A stretch of 64,000 nucleotides of DNA, from contig CP000066.1 in NCBI GenBank assembly GCA_000002445.1, positions 1,184,001-1,248,000 on the forward strand, written 5' to 3'. This DNA is from Trypanosoma brucei (Eukaryota). Positions within the stretch are counted from its first letter, which is position 1; each line of letters starts with the position of its first letter. The notes below the pieces were generated by a model that ran no database searches, was not told the DNA's origin, and saw only the letters and a list, made by a program, of their open reading frames with translations. Positions 22,170-33,122 of the stretch are shown here, piece after piece. Made by a program: the position numbers and the translations under genes.

Positions 22170-24542
22170 TCAAACACACTCACTGGTCATCACGCTCCAG
22201 GCTCTTCGAAGAAGCACTTCAGGCACAGAGTGCTGAAAAGCGAAGTGCAGTGCCCGAGAGGAAACTTCATCATCCGGTAGCTTTCCGTCCTCACCAACAT
22301 TTCGCACTGGAACCGCATTGTAAGAGGGCACAAGTTCATAGCTGCCACCAACGAAATCTGTACTATCCGCTCCCAAGTGCGCCCTTACCCCGTCACGAGG
22401 TCTTTTACGGCTACTCTCCAGGAGTGTCGTCAACATTTCGATCAGAATAATTTCCCCCCTGGGCACAATGTTTGGTTGAACAGCTTCCATATAATGTGTC
22501 GCTAATAGCACTAACGGGCGCTGGTTTCCCATCGAAATAAATGTTCGCAGAGAAGCCGCCAGCAATGCGGCTCCATCCACCGAAAGCGTTCCTTTTCCAA
22601 ATTCATCAATCACTAGAAGCATCCGGGCCGCCCCTTCATCGCTCTCTCTGCAGCGGCTGCCACAGCGTTGTAGCATGCGGCTCATAGATGCAAGCTCGTT
22701 ACCAAAACTGGAATGCAGCTCCTTTACCGCAAAGGTTAAATCTTCGTTACCCCTACAGGCGGAAGGAGTATGTAGCGCAACGAATGTATCTATTAAACCG
22801 ATGGCGGCATGCGCACACGGTACGTACGAGCCAATATGAGCGAGAAAGACAGTGTGGGCTATCGTTGTTATGAACACCGATTTTCCACTCCCATTTGCCC
22901 CAGTGACCACACACACACGGTCTGCACTGCGTCGGATTGTCAAGGAGCACGGAACCACCGGTTGTGACATTCGAGCCAATATAGGGTGCACCGCTCGAGA
23001 AATTTCAAGTACGCCCGCATCAGGTACAATTTCAGGACGACTCCACTGCCCCTCCAATGCGCACAGTGCAAAACCTATTAGGCAGTCCAATTCCGCACAG
23101 AGATGCAAGGGAATAAGCGCTGGCGACAATTCAAGCAATCGGTGATCTACCCGACGTTGCACTTCACCTTCCCGATCCAGTATGGCTGAGCGCAAATCAC
23201 CCACCTCCTCATCCAGCCTCCGTGTTAGAGACGTCTTAAAGAAAGGCCCATCATCCGTCTGCAGCACTAACTCCCAGTCCCGTGGTAACTCAGTTTCCAG
23301 CAGCGTTGGTGGACAATGAGGAAGCACAATTACATGACCCCATTGCGGAGCAAACGCACAAAGTAGTGTACCCGGTCGCCAGTGCGGTGGAAGACCCTGT
23401 TTTTCCTCCTCAGCCACGCGCGTCAGCAGTTCATCAAGGTGGGCAAAATGCTCTCGAAGTTCATCCAGTTCCGGGTCACAGCCGGGGCGAATTCGGACGT
23501 ATGTCTTGCCAAGCGTGTCGCGAGGCTCTCGGGTTAAAGATATTGATCTGGTGATTATATCGCTCATCTCCTCCAACTGCGCGGCTTGGCAACTCGCGAC
23601 GATGCGCATGAATAAAGGAAACCTGTGGGCCTCCGTAGAGAGGAGCGAGGCAATTTGCAAGAGTCCAAGGGTGGAACGCAATAGGGAATCGTAATCACCA
23701 GTTGTGTGCTTGGAAGCACGCATCTTTGTGAAGATACTGCCCGGTTGCCTCAGCCGTTTCAGGGAGCGTCGAAGATTAGTCATTATGCTGTGGTTATCCC
23801 TATTTGTGAAAAAGTCAACAACGCTGTACCGCTGCTGTAATTCCCTCTCGTTCTGCAAGGGGAGCGCGAACCATTGCCGCAACAAAGCCCCTCCAAGGGG
23901 GCCGCTGGTCCTGTCCACCACACTCAAAAGGGAGAGGCCCTCCTTTGACTGTCCAATGCCTTGATAGTCCATAGGGTGCGCCTCCGTGCGGATTATTTGT
24001 AAACTAGACAGTGTGTCCGCATCAACATACAAAACACCGGCCGGAGGCACCTCGGCAACGTCAGCAACGGGGTGGCGCGAGTGCTGTAAATGCAACAAAA
24101 GCGCTGCGAGTGTCATAAGCATTACATGTTTATGAACACATATACGTGCGCACCATTCGGCTCTCTTCACATTAGCCCAGAGTTGGGCGAGGATATCCCA
24201 CAACCTGGCGCTATCGAAGTCACTGGGTGGAGCAAATACTACGTTGAGGCTGCACAACCGAGCAATATCCAATATCACCTGCGACCCAGCGGCTGGCACC
24301 AAAACAGATGATGGTTTACATATTGTCAAGTATTGTAACAACCAGAGAAGCTCACCAGGCACATCCATTGTTGAGTTAATTGGAACATCGCCATCAAACC
24401 TTGACGCAAACGACTCTGAACAGTGCACAACACAAAGACCGCTGCTATAAGAAGCAAGACCAACGCGCCCTTGATGCGCAATCAAACTCACAACGTCAAC
24501 CACTACATCATTTTCAGCAATATCATCCAAACCTTCGTCCAT
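22170..24542 (-). CDS. MutS-family ATPase homologue that lacks the N-terminal mismatch-binding domain. It is most likely a meiosis-type MSH4/MSH5-like protein.
   Basis: The 790-aa ORF has a Walker A motif in MutS context (VVTGANGSGKSVFITTIAHTVFLAHIGSYVPC), a Walker B motif (LLVIDEFGKGTLSVDGAALLAA) and a MutS-type helix-turn-helix end (LLATHYMEA). At 790 aa it is too short to carry domain I of MSH2/3/6. Confidence 0.6.
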   Translation of the reverse strand: MDEGLDDIAENDVVVDVVSLIAHQGRVGLASYSSGLCVVHCSESFASRFDGDVPINSTMDVPGELLWLLQYLTICKPSSVLVPAAGSQVILDIARLCSLNVVFAPPSDFDSARLWDILAQLWANVKRAEWCARICVHKHVMLMTLAALLLHLQHSRHPVADVAEVPPAGVLYVDADTLSSLQIIRTEAHPMDYQGIGQSKEGLSLLSVVDRTSGPLGGALLRQWFALPLQNERELQQRYSVVDFFTNRDNHSIMTNLRRSLKRLRQPGSIFTKMRASKHTTGDYDSLLRSTLGLLQIASLLSTEAHRFPLFMRIVASCQAAQLEEMSDIITRSISLTREPRDTLGKTYVRIRPGCDPELDELREHFAHLDELLTRVAEEEKQGLPPHWRPGTLLCAFAPQWGHVIVLPHCPPTLLETELPRDWELVLQTDDGPFFKTSLTRRLDEEVGDLRSAILDREGEVQRRVDHRLLELSPALIPLHLCAELDCLIGFALCALEGQWSRPEIVPDAGVLEISRAVHPILARMSQPVVPCSLTIRRSADRVCVVTGANGSGKSVFITTIAHTVFLAHIGSYVPCAHAAIGLIDTFVALHTPSACRGNEDLTFAVKELHSSFGNELASMSRMLQRCGSRCRESDEGAARMLLVIDEFGKGTLSVDGAALLAASLRTFISMGNQRPLVLLATHYMEAVQPNIVPRGEIILIEMLTTLLESSRKRPRDGVRAHLGADSTDFVGGSYELVPSYNAVPVRNVGEDGKLPDDEVSSRALHFAFQHSVPEVLLRRAWSVMTSECV

Positions 24543-24863
24543 AAAGCCCCTTTACAAACCACACAAAAAAAAGAATGAAATAAAGGAATACAGTCAGGTA
24601 AAAAAGAAAAAAACATAAAAAGCATAACCCAAACCATTAACAGAAAAAAGTGGAGATTATCACCTAAAAATACATCAGAAAGAAGTGAACAAGAAGCATT
24701 TTCTACACTTCCATCAAACAGCACGACCACCCACAAGTAACAATCTCGCAAAGATCACTAACTCAAAAAGTAAAAACTATGACAAAACTTCTAGAAGAAT
24801 GGGTTGGTTCATAAGAAAAAAACATCTACAAACAAAAAAATCTACATAATAATTGCGGCCACA

Positions 24864-26633
24864 CTATTCGAGGCGTGCCGGTGCAGTGTTGTTTCCGATG
24901 CGGACCTGCTCGCCACCGGCACCAGAGCTGCGCAGTAAGCGCGCCCTCTTGATTTCCTCGCGTTCGGCGGCAATCTTCACCTCCTCCTGCTTCGTCAGGT
25001 GCGAGCGGTACTCCACCATCTTGCTGCGGCGTGTAAGCACCTCCTCGTTGTTCTCGTCCACAGGGTGGTTGAACTCGATGCCAGCAGCGTCCAGAGCCTC
25101 CTCTGACTCCTTGAACTCCTCCAACGCCTTCGCCTGCTTCTCTTTCAGCATCGCCAGCTCCTCCTCTACGCCCTGGCGCAGCCTGTATAGCTCTTTCTTC
25201 ATGTCGGCGTGCTTCTTCGCATTCGGGTCGAATGTTTCCACACAGAACTCCAACTGGATGTGCGTTGTACGGATGTTCCGGTCAATCTCCTCCATCCGCT
25301 TCTCTTTCTTGTAGATAAGAGAACCCAACGTGAGGTACAGCATGCGGAAGTACTCCAAGTGCTCTTTATGAACATCCAAACGAAGGGCTGCAAGATCCTG
25401 GCTCGTTTTGTCGTGGCGGGCCTTCACCGCGGCACAGCCCTCCGACACCAGCTCCTCCACCAGCCCGGTACAGCGGATCGCGAGGTCGCAGTTGTACACT
25501 GTCAGCTCGAGCAGTTTCTTGTGCTGCGAGGCAACCTCCAGGAATTGAGAGTACTCCACACGTCGCTTCTCCTCGCGGTCAATCTCCTCAATCCGCCGCT
25601 TGACCTCATCGAATCGCTCCGTGCCAAGCTTCTGCAACTGCCGCTCAAGGTCCTGGATCTTGTTCCACGTCTCCTCCTGCCTATCCTCGTTCTCTCGGAT
25701 GTAGCGGTCGCTTTTCTCTTTGTTCGCAGCGTGGCGCTTCGTCGCCTCGGCATCCTCAAGGTCAGCCTTCTGGATCGCGTCGTGGATGTGCTTCAGATCT
25801 GTCTCACACCGCTGCTTCAGGCGACGCTTCGCATCCTTCATCTGACTCGTTTCCTGATTCGCCTGTTTCTGCACCTCATGGATTTTGCTGAAGGCCTGGT
25901 TCTCCTCCTCACATTTGCTGATCAAGCGGAATTTGTCCTGAATCAGATCGATTAAGCGCTCCTGAAGCTGTACCTTCGTCCACATTTGCTCCTCGGCGAC
26001 CTGCATCTCACCATCATGCATCGCAACGTTCTGGATCTCGTTCGTTTTTTCAAGCTGCGCCAACTGCGTCTTGATCTGGTCGTCAGTTGAGGCAAGCGCA
26101 TTCTGGATTTGCGTTACGTTCATGATATCCTCCACTTGCTTCAATGTCTGTGTGGGGACCTGCGCCAACTGCGTTGCATCCAGCTGCGAGCGGCGAAGCT
26201 CCTCCTCAACCTTTTCAACCTTCGCGATGGCGTTGTCGATCATCTGCGTGAAGCTCACAACACGCGTCTTGTTGCGGTTCTGACGCAGGTCCTGAAGCAC
26301 CTTTTTCATGGCAATAATGTCCATGAATTGTGCCTTGTCCTCAGGGCGGTAAAGCTCGCGTTGGCTCATCTCGAGTCCACACACGCGCATCAGCTTTGCG
26401 AGGTCGTATACCTCCGTTAGGTTCCATTTCGTACCGACGTCCACAGCGGCAACCAGCTCCTCAGCCTTCAGGTGGGCGCCGCGCAGCTTCTGCCTCTGTG
26501 TCTCGCTCCAGTCAGATACATGCAATTCCTGTACAAGTTCCTCATTCTCCAAACAGGCTGTCTTCAGCTTCAGGTTGTGGATCTTCTGCTTGCGCGCAGC
26601 CTCCAAACCAGTGGCATCGTCAACTGCGGCCAT
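24864..26633 (-). CDS. PFR1: Paraflagellar rod major component, copy 1 of 5 (PFR1/PFR2 family). Neighbouring genes suggest the PFR1/PFR-C-type locus.
   Basis: The 589-aa ORF is coiled-coil-rich and carries conserved PFR blocks (LEAARKQKIHNLKLKTACL, HVSDWSETQ, MRVCGLEMS, VSFTQMIDNAIAKVEK, IDRNIRTTHIQLEF, LTRRSKMVEYRSHLTKQEEVKIAAEREE). It is tandemly reiterated. The PFR1-versus-PFR2 call rests on recalled synteny (subtilase, SAM50-like and the LipDH point-mutant paralogue nearby) and is uncertain. Confidence 0.9.
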   Translation of the reverse strand: MAAVDDATGLEAARKQKIHNLKLKTACLENEELVQELHVSDWSETQRQKLRGAHLKAEELVAAVDVGTKWNLTEVYDLAKLMRVCGLEMSQRELYRPEDKAQFMDIIAMKKVLQDLRQNRNKTRVVSFTQMIDNAIAKVEKVEEELRRSQLDATQLAQVPTQTLKQVEDIMNVTQIQNALASTDDQIKTQLAQLEKTNEIQNVAMHDGEMQVAEEQMWTKVQLQERLIDLIQDKFRLISKCEEENQAFSKIHEVQKQANQETSQMKDAKRRLKQRCETDLKHIHDAIQKADLEDAEATKRHAANKEKSDRYIRENEDRQEETWNKIQDLERQLQKLGTERFDEVKRRIEEIDREEKRRVEYSQFLEVASQHKKLLELTVYNCDLAIRCTGLVEELVSEGCAAVKARHDKTSQDLAALRLDVHKEHLEYFRMLYLTLGSLIYKKEKRMEEIDRNIRTTHIQLEFCVETFDPNAKKHADMKKELYRLRQGVEEELAMLKEKQAKALEEFKESEEALDAAGIEFNHPVDENNEEVLTRRSKMVEYRSHLTKQEEVKIAAEREEIKRARLLRSSGAGGEQVRIGNNTAPARLE

Positions 26634-27026
26634 GGTAGCACTCTTTTATTAAGGATAATCGATTTCTTGTGTTGAAAGTTGTGTGATTTCTGTCTGGTGC
26701 TTGAAGTTCTTACGTGATGTTTCTAGATCTTATTCCTTGCTTTCCTACAAGCTATTGCGAAAAACTGTTTGCCGGACGCGTACAAGATGATGAAGAAAAG
26801 TGTGAGCATCAGTGCAATGTTAAAGCTACACAGGCAAGTGGTGGTGCCGGAAGCCGTCGGTTTGGCACAATAACAGAGCGGATGCTCGAAAACGCATCAT
26901 GGTGACCTACATATACCGACCCAGTTGGGCCTTTATTACATCTAGTACAAGAATAAGAAAAGACTGCACAAGACATTGGCATCAAATAACTAGTTGCACT
27001 CAATTTACATAATAATTGCGGCCACA
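26634..27026 (-). promoter_or_regulatory. PFR inter-CDS spacer carrying the RNA-processing signals. Reading 5' to 3' on the coding strand it holds a short 3'UTR and poly(A) site region, a polypyrimidine tract, a trans-splice acceptor AG and the 5'UTR. It is repeated identically between all copies.
   Basis: On the minus strand the spacer reads ...tcttttcttattcttgtactag... (polypyrimidine then AG) and ...ttttcttcatcatcttgtacg... upstream of the ATG. This is the kinetoplastid pattern of coupled polyadenylation and trans-splicing. The exact sites were not determined. Confidence 0.4.
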
Positions 27027-28796
27027 CTATTCGAGGCGTGCCGGTGCAGTGTTGTTTCCGATGCGGACCTGCTCGCCACCGGCACCAGAGCTGCGCAGTA
27101 AGCGCGCCCTCTTGATTTCCTCGCGTTCGGCGGCAATCTTCACCTCCTCCTGCTTCGTCAGGTGCGAGCGGTACTCCACCATCTTGCTGCGGCGTGTAAG
27201 CACCTCCTCGTTGTTCTCGTCCACAGGGTGGTTGAACTCGATGCCAGCAGCGTCCAGAGCCTCCTCTGACTCCTTGAACTCCTCCAACGCCTTCGCCTGC
27301 TTCTCTTTCAGCATCGCCAGCTCCTCCTCTACGCCCTGGCGCAGCCTGTATAGCTCTTTCTTCATGTCGGCGTGCTTCTTCGCATTCGGGTCGAATGTTT
27401 CCACACAGAACTCCAACTGGATGTGCGTTGTACGGATGTTCCGGTCAATCTCCTCCATCCGCTTCTCTTTCTTGTAGATAAGAGAACCCAACGTGAGGTA
27501 CAGCATGCGGAAGTACTCCAAGTGCTCTTTATGAACATCCAAACGAAGGGCTGCAAGATCCTGGCTCGTTTTGTCGTGGCGGGCCTTCACCGCGGCACAG
27601 CCCTCCGACACCAGCTCCTCCACCAGCCCGGTACAGCGGATCGCGAGGTCGCAGTTGTACACTGTCAGCTCGAGCAGTTTCTTGTGCTGCGAGGCAACCT
27701 CCAGGAATTGAGAGTACTCCACACGTCGCTTCTCCTCGCGGTCAATCTCCTCAATCCGCCGCTTGACCTCATCGAATCGCTCCGTGCCAAGCTTCTGCAA
27801 CTGCCGCTCAAGGTCCTGGATCTTGTTCCACGTCTCCTCCTGCCTATCCTCGTTCTCTCGGATGTAGCGGTCGCTTTTCTCTTTGTTCGCAGCGTGGCGC
27901 TTCGTCGCCTCGGCATCCTCAAGGTCAGCCTTCTGGATCGCGTCGTGGATGTGCTTCAGATCTGTCTCACACCGCTGCTTCAGGCGACGCTTCGCATCCT
28001 TCATCTGACTCGTTTCCTGATTCGCCTGTTTCTGCACCTCATGGATTTTGCTGAAGGCCTGGTTCTCCTCCTCACATTTGCTGATCAAGCGGAATTTGTC
28101 CTGAATCAGATCGATTAAGCGCTCCTGAAGCTGTACCTTCGTCCACATTTGCTCCTCGGCGACCTGCATCTCACCATCATGCATCGCAACGTTCTGGATC
28201 TCGTTCGTTTTTTCAAGCTGCGCCAACTGCGTCTTGATCTGGTCGTCAGTTGAGGCAAGCGCATTCTGGATTTGCGTTACGTTCATGATATCCTCCACTT
28301 GCTTCAATGTCTGTGTGGGGACCTGCGCCAACTGCGTTGCATCCAGCTGCGAGCGGCGAAGCTCCTCCTCAACCTTTTCAACCTTCGCGATGGCGTTGTC
28401 GATCATCTGCGTGAAGCTCACAACACGCGTCTTGTTGCGGTTCTGACGCAGGTCCTGAAGCACCTTTTTCATGGCAATAATGTCCATGAATTGTGCCTTG
28501 TCCTCAGGGCGGTAAAGCTCGCGTTGGCTCATCTCGAGTCCACACACGCGCATCAGCTTTGCGAGGTCGTATACCTCCGTTAGGTTCCATTTCGTACCGA
28601 CGTCCACAGCGGCAACCAGCTCCTCAGCCTTCAGGTGGGCGCCGCGCAGCTTCTGCCTCTGTGTCTCGCTCCAGTCAGATACATGCAATTCCTGTACAAG
28701 TTCCTCATTCTCCAAACAGGCTGTCTTCAGCTTCAGGTTGTGGATCTTCTGCTTGCGCGCAGCCTCCAAACCAGTGGCATCGTCAACTGCGGCCAT
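27027..28796 (-). CDS. PFR1: Paraflagellar rod major component, copy 2 of 5.
   Basis: Identical 589-aa translation to copy 1, in a repeat unit of period 2163 bp. Confidence 0.9.
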   Translation of the reverse strand: MAAVDDATGLEAARKQKIHNLKLKTACLENEELVQELHVSDWSETQRQKLRGAHLKAEELVAAVDVGTKWNLTEVYDLAKLMRVCGLEMSQRELYRPEDKAQFMDIIAMKKVLQDLRQNRNKTRVVSFTQMIDNAIAKVEKVEEELRRSQLDATQLAQVPTQTLKQVEDIMNVTQIQNALASTDDQIKTQLAQLEKTNEIQNVAMHDGEMQVAEEQMWTKVQLQERLIDLIQDKFRLISKCEEENQAFSKIHEVQKQANQETSQMKDAKRRLKQRCETDLKHIHDAIQKADLEDAEATKRHAANKEKSDRYIRENEDRQEETWNKIQDLERQLQKLGTERFDEVKRRIEEIDREEKRRVEYSQFLEVASQHKKLLELTVYNCDLAIRCTGLVEELVSEGCAAVKARHDKTSQDLAALRLDVHKEHLEYFRMLYLTLGSLIYKKEKRMEEIDRNIRTTHIQLEFCVETFDPNAKKHADMKKELYRLRQGVEEELAMLKEKQAKALEEFKESEEALDAAGIEFNHPVDENNEEVLTRRSKMVEYRSHLTKQEEVKIAAEREEIKRARLLRSSGAGGEQVRIGNNTAPARLE

Positions 28797-29189
28797 GGTA
28801 GCACTCTTTTATTAAGGATAATCGATTTCTTGTGTTGAAAGTTGTGTGATTTCTGTCTGGTGCTTGAAGTTCTTACGTGATGTTTCTAGATCTTATTCCT
28901 TGCTTTCCTACAAGCTATTGCGAAAAACTGTTTGCCGGACGCGTACAAGATGATGAAGAAAAGTGTGAGCATCAGTGCAATGTTAAAGCTACACAGGCAA
29001 GTGGTGGTGCCGGAAGCCGTCGGTTTGGCACAATAACAGAGCGGATGCTCGAAAACGCATCATGGTGACCTACATATACCGACCCAGTTGGGCCTTTATT
29101 ACATCTAGTACAAGAATAAGAAAAGACTGCACAAGACATTGGCATCAAATAACTAGTTGCACTCAATTTACATAATAATTGCGGCCACA

Positions 29190-30959
29190 CTATTCGAGGC
29201 GTGCCGGTGCAGTGTTGTTTCCGATGCGGACCTGCTCGCCACCGGCACCAGAGCTGCGCAGTAAGCGCGCCCTCTTGATTTCCTCGCGTTCGGCGGCAAT
29301 CTTCACCTCCTCCTGCTTCGTCAGGTGCGAGCGGTACTCCACCATCTTGCTGCGGCGTGTAAGCACCTCCTCGTTGTTCTCGTCCACAGGGTGGTTGAAC
29401 TCGATGCCAGCAGCGTCCAGAGCCTCCTCTGACTCCTTGAACTCCTCCAACGCCTTCGCCTGCTTCTCTTTCAGCATCGCCAGCTCCTCCTCTACGCCCT
29501 GGCGCAGCCTGTATAGCTCTTTCTTCATGTCGGCGTGCTTCTTCGCATTCGGGTCGAATGTTTCCACACAGAACTCCAACTGGATGTGCGTTGTACGGAT
29601 GTTCCGGTCAATCTCCTCCATCCGCTTCTCTTTCTTGTAGATAAGAGAACCCAACGTGAGGTACAGCATGCGGAAGTACTCCAAGTGCTCTTTATGAACA
29701 TCCAAACGAAGGGCTGCAAGATCCTGGCTCGTTTTGTCGTGGCGGGCCTTCACCGCGGCACAGCCCTCCGACACCAGCTCCTCCACCAGCCCGGTACAGC
29801 GGATCGCGAGGTCGCAGTTGTACACTGTCAGCTCGAGCAGTTTCTTGTGCTGCGAGGCAACCTCCAGGAATTGAGAGTACTCCACACGTCGCTTCTCCTC
29901 GCGGTCAATCTCCTCAATCCGCCGCTTGACCTCATCGAATCGCTCCGTGCCAAGCTTCTGCAACTGCCGCTCAAGGTCCTGGATCTTGTTCCACGTCTCC
30001 TCCTGCCTATCCTCGTTCTCTCGGATGTAGCGGTCGCTTTTCTCTTTGTTCGCAGCGTGGCGCTTCGTCGCCTCGGCATCCTCAAGGTCAGCCTTCTGGA
30101 TCGCGTCGTGGATGTGCTTCAGATCTGTCTCACACCGCTGCTTCAGGCGACGCTTCGCATCCTTCATCTGACTCGTTTCCTGATTCGCCTGTTTCTGCAC
30201 CTCATGGATTTTGCTGAAGGCCTGGTTCTCCTCCTCACATTTGCTGATCAAGCGGAATTTGTCCTGAATCAGATCGATTAAGCGCTCCTGAAGCTGTACC
30301 TTCGTCCACATTTGCTCCTCGGCGACCTGCATCTCACCATCATGCATCGCAACGTTCTGGATCTCGTTCGTTTTTTCAAGCTGCGCCAACTGCGTCTTGA
30401 TCTGGTCGTCAGTTGAGGCAAGCGCATTCTGGATTTGCGTTACGTTCATGATATCCTCCACTTGCTTCAATGTCTGTGTGGGGACCTGCGCCAACTGCGT
30501 TGCATCCAGCTGCGAGCGGCGAAGCTCCTCCTCAACCTTTTCAACCTTCGCGATGGCGTTGTCGATCATCTGCGTGAAGCTCACAACACGCGTCTTGTTG
30601 CGGTTCTGACGCAGGTCCTGAAGCACCTTTTTCATGGCAATAATGTCCATGAATTGTGCCTTGTCCTCAGGGCGGTAAAGCTCGCGTTGGCTCATCTCGA
30701 GTCCACACACGCGCATCAGCTTTGCGAGGTCGTATACCTCCGTTAGGTTCCATTTCGTACCGACGTCCACAGCGGCAACCAGCTCCTCAGCCTTCAGGTG
30801 GGCGCCGCGCAGCTTCTGCCTCTGTGTCTCGCTCCAGTCAGATACATGCAATTCCTGTACAAGTTCCTCATTCTCCAAACAGGCTGTCTTCAGCTTCAGG
30901 TTGTGGATCTTCTGCTTGCGCGCAGCCTCCAAACCAGTGGCATCGTCAACTGCGGCCAT
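29190..30959 (-). CDS. PFR1: Paraflagellar rod major component, copy 3 of 5.
   Basis: Identical 589-aa translation, in a repeat unit of period 2163 bp. Confidence 0.9.
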   Translation of the reverse strand: MAAVDDATGLEAARKQKIHNLKLKTACLENEELVQELHVSDWSETQRQKLRGAHLKAEELVAAVDVGTKWNLTEVYDLAKLMRVCGLEMSQRELYRPEDKAQFMDIIAMKKVLQDLRQNRNKTRVVSFTQMIDNAIAKVEKVEEELRRSQLDATQLAQVPTQTLKQVEDIMNVTQIQNALASTDDQIKTQLAQLEKTNEIQNVAMHDGEMQVAEEQMWTKVQLQERLIDLIQDKFRLISKCEEENQAFSKIHEVQKQANQETSQMKDAKRRLKQRCETDLKHIHDAIQKADLEDAEATKRHAANKEKSDRYIRENEDRQEETWNKIQDLERQLQKLGTERFDEVKRRIEEIDREEKRRVEYSQFLEVASQHKKLLELTVYNCDLAIRCTGLVEELVSEGCAAVKARHDKTSQDLAALRLDVHKEHLEYFRMLYLTLGSLIYKKEKRMEEIDRNIRTTHIQLEFCVETFDPNAKKHADMKKELYRLRQGVEEELAMLKEKQAKALEEFKESEEALDAAGIEFNHPVDENNEEVLTRRSKMVEYRSHLTKQEEVKIAAEREEIKRARLLRSSGAGGEQVRIGNNTAPARLE

Positions 30960-31352
30960 GGTAGCACTCTTTTATTAAGGATAATCGATTTCTTGTGTTG
31001 AAAGTTGTGTGATTTCTGTCTGGTGCTTGAAGTTCTTACGTGATGTTTCTAGATCTTATTCCTTGCTTTCCTACAAGCTATTGCGAAAAACTGTTTGCCG
31101 GACGCGTACAAGATGATGAAGAAAAGTGTGAGCATCAGTGCAATGTTAAAGCTACACAGGCAAGTGGTGGTGCCGGAAGCCGTCGGTTTGGCACAATAAC
31201 AGAGCGGATGCTCGAAAACGCATCATGGTGACCTACATATACCGACCCAGTTGGGCCTTTATTACATCTAGTACAAGAATAAGAAAAGACTGCACAAGAC
31301 ATTGGCATCAAATAACTAGTTGCACTCAATTTACATAATAATTGCGGCCACA

Positions 31353-33122
31353 CTATTCGAGGCGTGCCGGTGCAGTGTTGTTTCCGATGCGGACCTGCTC
31401 GCCACCGGCACCAGAGCTGCGCAGTAAGCGCGCCCTCTTGATTTCCTCGCGTTCGGCGGCAATCTTCACCTCCTCCTGCTTCGTCAGGTGCGAGCGGTAC
31501 TCCACCATCTTGCTGCGGCGTGTAAGCACCTCCTCGTTGTTCTCGTCCACAGGGTGGTTGAACTCGATGCCAGCAGCGTCCAGAGCCTCCTCTGACTCCT
31601 TGAACTCCTCCAACGCCTTCGCCTGCTTCTCTTTCAGCATCGCCAGCTCCTCCTCTACGCCCTGGCGCAGCCTGTATAGCTCTTTCTTCATGTCGGCGTG
31701 CTTCTTCGCATTCGGGTCGAATGTTTCCACACAGAACTCCAACTGGATGTGCGTTGTACGGATGTTCCGGTCAATCTCCTCCATCCGCTTCTCTTTCTTG
31801 TAGATAAGAGAACCCAACGTGAGGTACAGCATGCGGAAGTACTCCAAGTGCTCTTTATGAACATCCAAACGAAGGGCTGCAAGATCCTGGCTCGTTTTGT
31901 CGTGGCGGGCCTTCACCGCGGCACAGCCCTCCGACACCAGCTCCTCCACCAGCCCGGTACAGCGGATCGCGAGGTCGCAGTTGTACACTGTCAGCTCGAG
32001 CAGTTTCTTGTGCTGCGAGGCAACCTCCAGGAATTGAGAGTACTCCACACGTCGCTTCTCCTCGCGGTCAATCTCCTCAATCCGCCGCTTGACCTCATCG
32101 AATCGCTCCGTGCCAAGCTTCTGCAACTGCCGCTCAAGGTCCTGGATCTTGTTCCACGTCTCCTCCTGCCTATCCTCGTTCTCTCGGATGTAGCGGTCGC
32201 TTTTCTCTTTGTTCGCAGCGTGGCGCTTCGTCGCCTCGGCATCCTCAAGGTCAGCCTTCTGGATCGCGTCGTGGATGTGCTTCAGATCTGTCTCACACCG
32301 CTGCTTCAGGCGACGCTTCGCATCCTTCATCTGACTCGTTTCCTGATTCGCCTGTTTCTGCACCTCATGGATTTTGCTGAAGGCCTGGTTCTCCTCCTCA
32401 CATTTGCTGATCAAGCGGAATTTGTCCTGAATCAGATCGATTAAGCGCTCCTGAAGCTGTACCTTCGTCCACATTTGCTCCTCGGCGACCTGCATCTCAC
32501 CATCATGCATCGCAACGTTCTGGATCTCGTTCGTTTTTTCAAGCTGCGCCAACTGCGTCTTGATCTGGTCGTCAGTTGAGGCAAGCGCATTCTGGATTTG
32601 CGTTACGTTCATGATATCCTCCACTTGCTTCAATGTCTGTGTGGGGACCTGCGCCAACTGCGTTGCATCCAGCTGCGAGCGGCGAAGCTCCTCCTCAACC
32701 TTTTCAACCTTCGCGATGGCGTTGTCGATCATCTGCGTGAAGCTCACAACACGCGTCTTGTTGCGGTTCTGACGCAGGTCCTGAAGCACCTTTTTCATGG
32801 CAATAATGTCCATGAATTGTGCCTTGTCCTCAGGGCGGTAAAGCTCGCGTTGGCTCATCTCGAGTCCACACACGCGCATCAGCTTTGCGAGGTCGTATAC
32901 CTCCGTTAGGTTCCATTTCGTACCGACGTCCACAGCGGCAACCAGCTCCTCAGCCTTCAGGTGGGCGCCGCGCAGCTTCTGCCTCTGTGTCTCGCTCCAG
33001 TCAGATACATGCAATTCCTGTACAAGTTCCTCATTCTCCAAACAGGCTGTCTTCAGCTTCAGGTTGTGGATCTTCTGCTTGCGCGCAGCCTCCAAACCAG
33101 TGGCATCGTCAACTGCGGCCAT
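31353..33122 (-). CDS. PFR1: Paraflagellar rod major component, copy 4 of 5.
   Basis: Identical 589-aa translation, in a repeat unit of period 2163 bp. Confidence 0.9.
   Translation of the reverse strand: MAAVDDATGLEAARKQKIHNLKLKTACLENEELVQELHVSDWSETQRQKLRGAHLKAEELVAAVDVGTKWNLTEVYDLAKLMRVCGLEMSQRELYRPEDKAQFMDIIAMKKVLQDLRQNRNKTRVVSFTQMIDNAIAKVEKVEEELRRSQLDATQLAQVPTQTLKQVEDIMNVTQIQNALASTDDQIKTQLAQLEKTNEIQNVAMHDGEMQVAEEQMWTKVQLQERLIDLIQDKFRLISKCEEENQAFSKIHEVQKQANQETSQMKDAKRRLKQRCETDLKHIHDAIQKADLEDAEATKRHAANKEKSDRYIRENEDRQEETWNKIQDLERQLQKLGTERFDEVKRRIEEIDREEKRRVEYSQFLEVASQHKKLLELTVYNCDLAIRCTGLVEELVSEGCAAVKARHDKTSQDLAALRLDVHKEHLEYFRMLYLTLGSLIYKKEKRMEEIDRNIRTTHIQLEFCVETFDPNAKKHADMKKELYRLRQGVEEELAMLKEKQAKALEEFKESEEALDAAGIEFNHPVDENNEEVLTRRSKMVEYRSHLTKQEEVKIAAEREEIKRARLLRSSGAGGEQVRIGNNTAPARLE

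Noticed and set aside
25209-25955. A 248-aa plus-strand ORF (and sibling ORFs such as 24853..25314 and 26109..26420) recurring in every PFR repeat unit.
   Set aside because: They lie antisense to the highly conserved minus-strand PFR CDS. They are Leu/Arg-rich shadow ORFs typical of the reverse strand of coiled-coil genes, and they repeat only because the PFR unit repeats.
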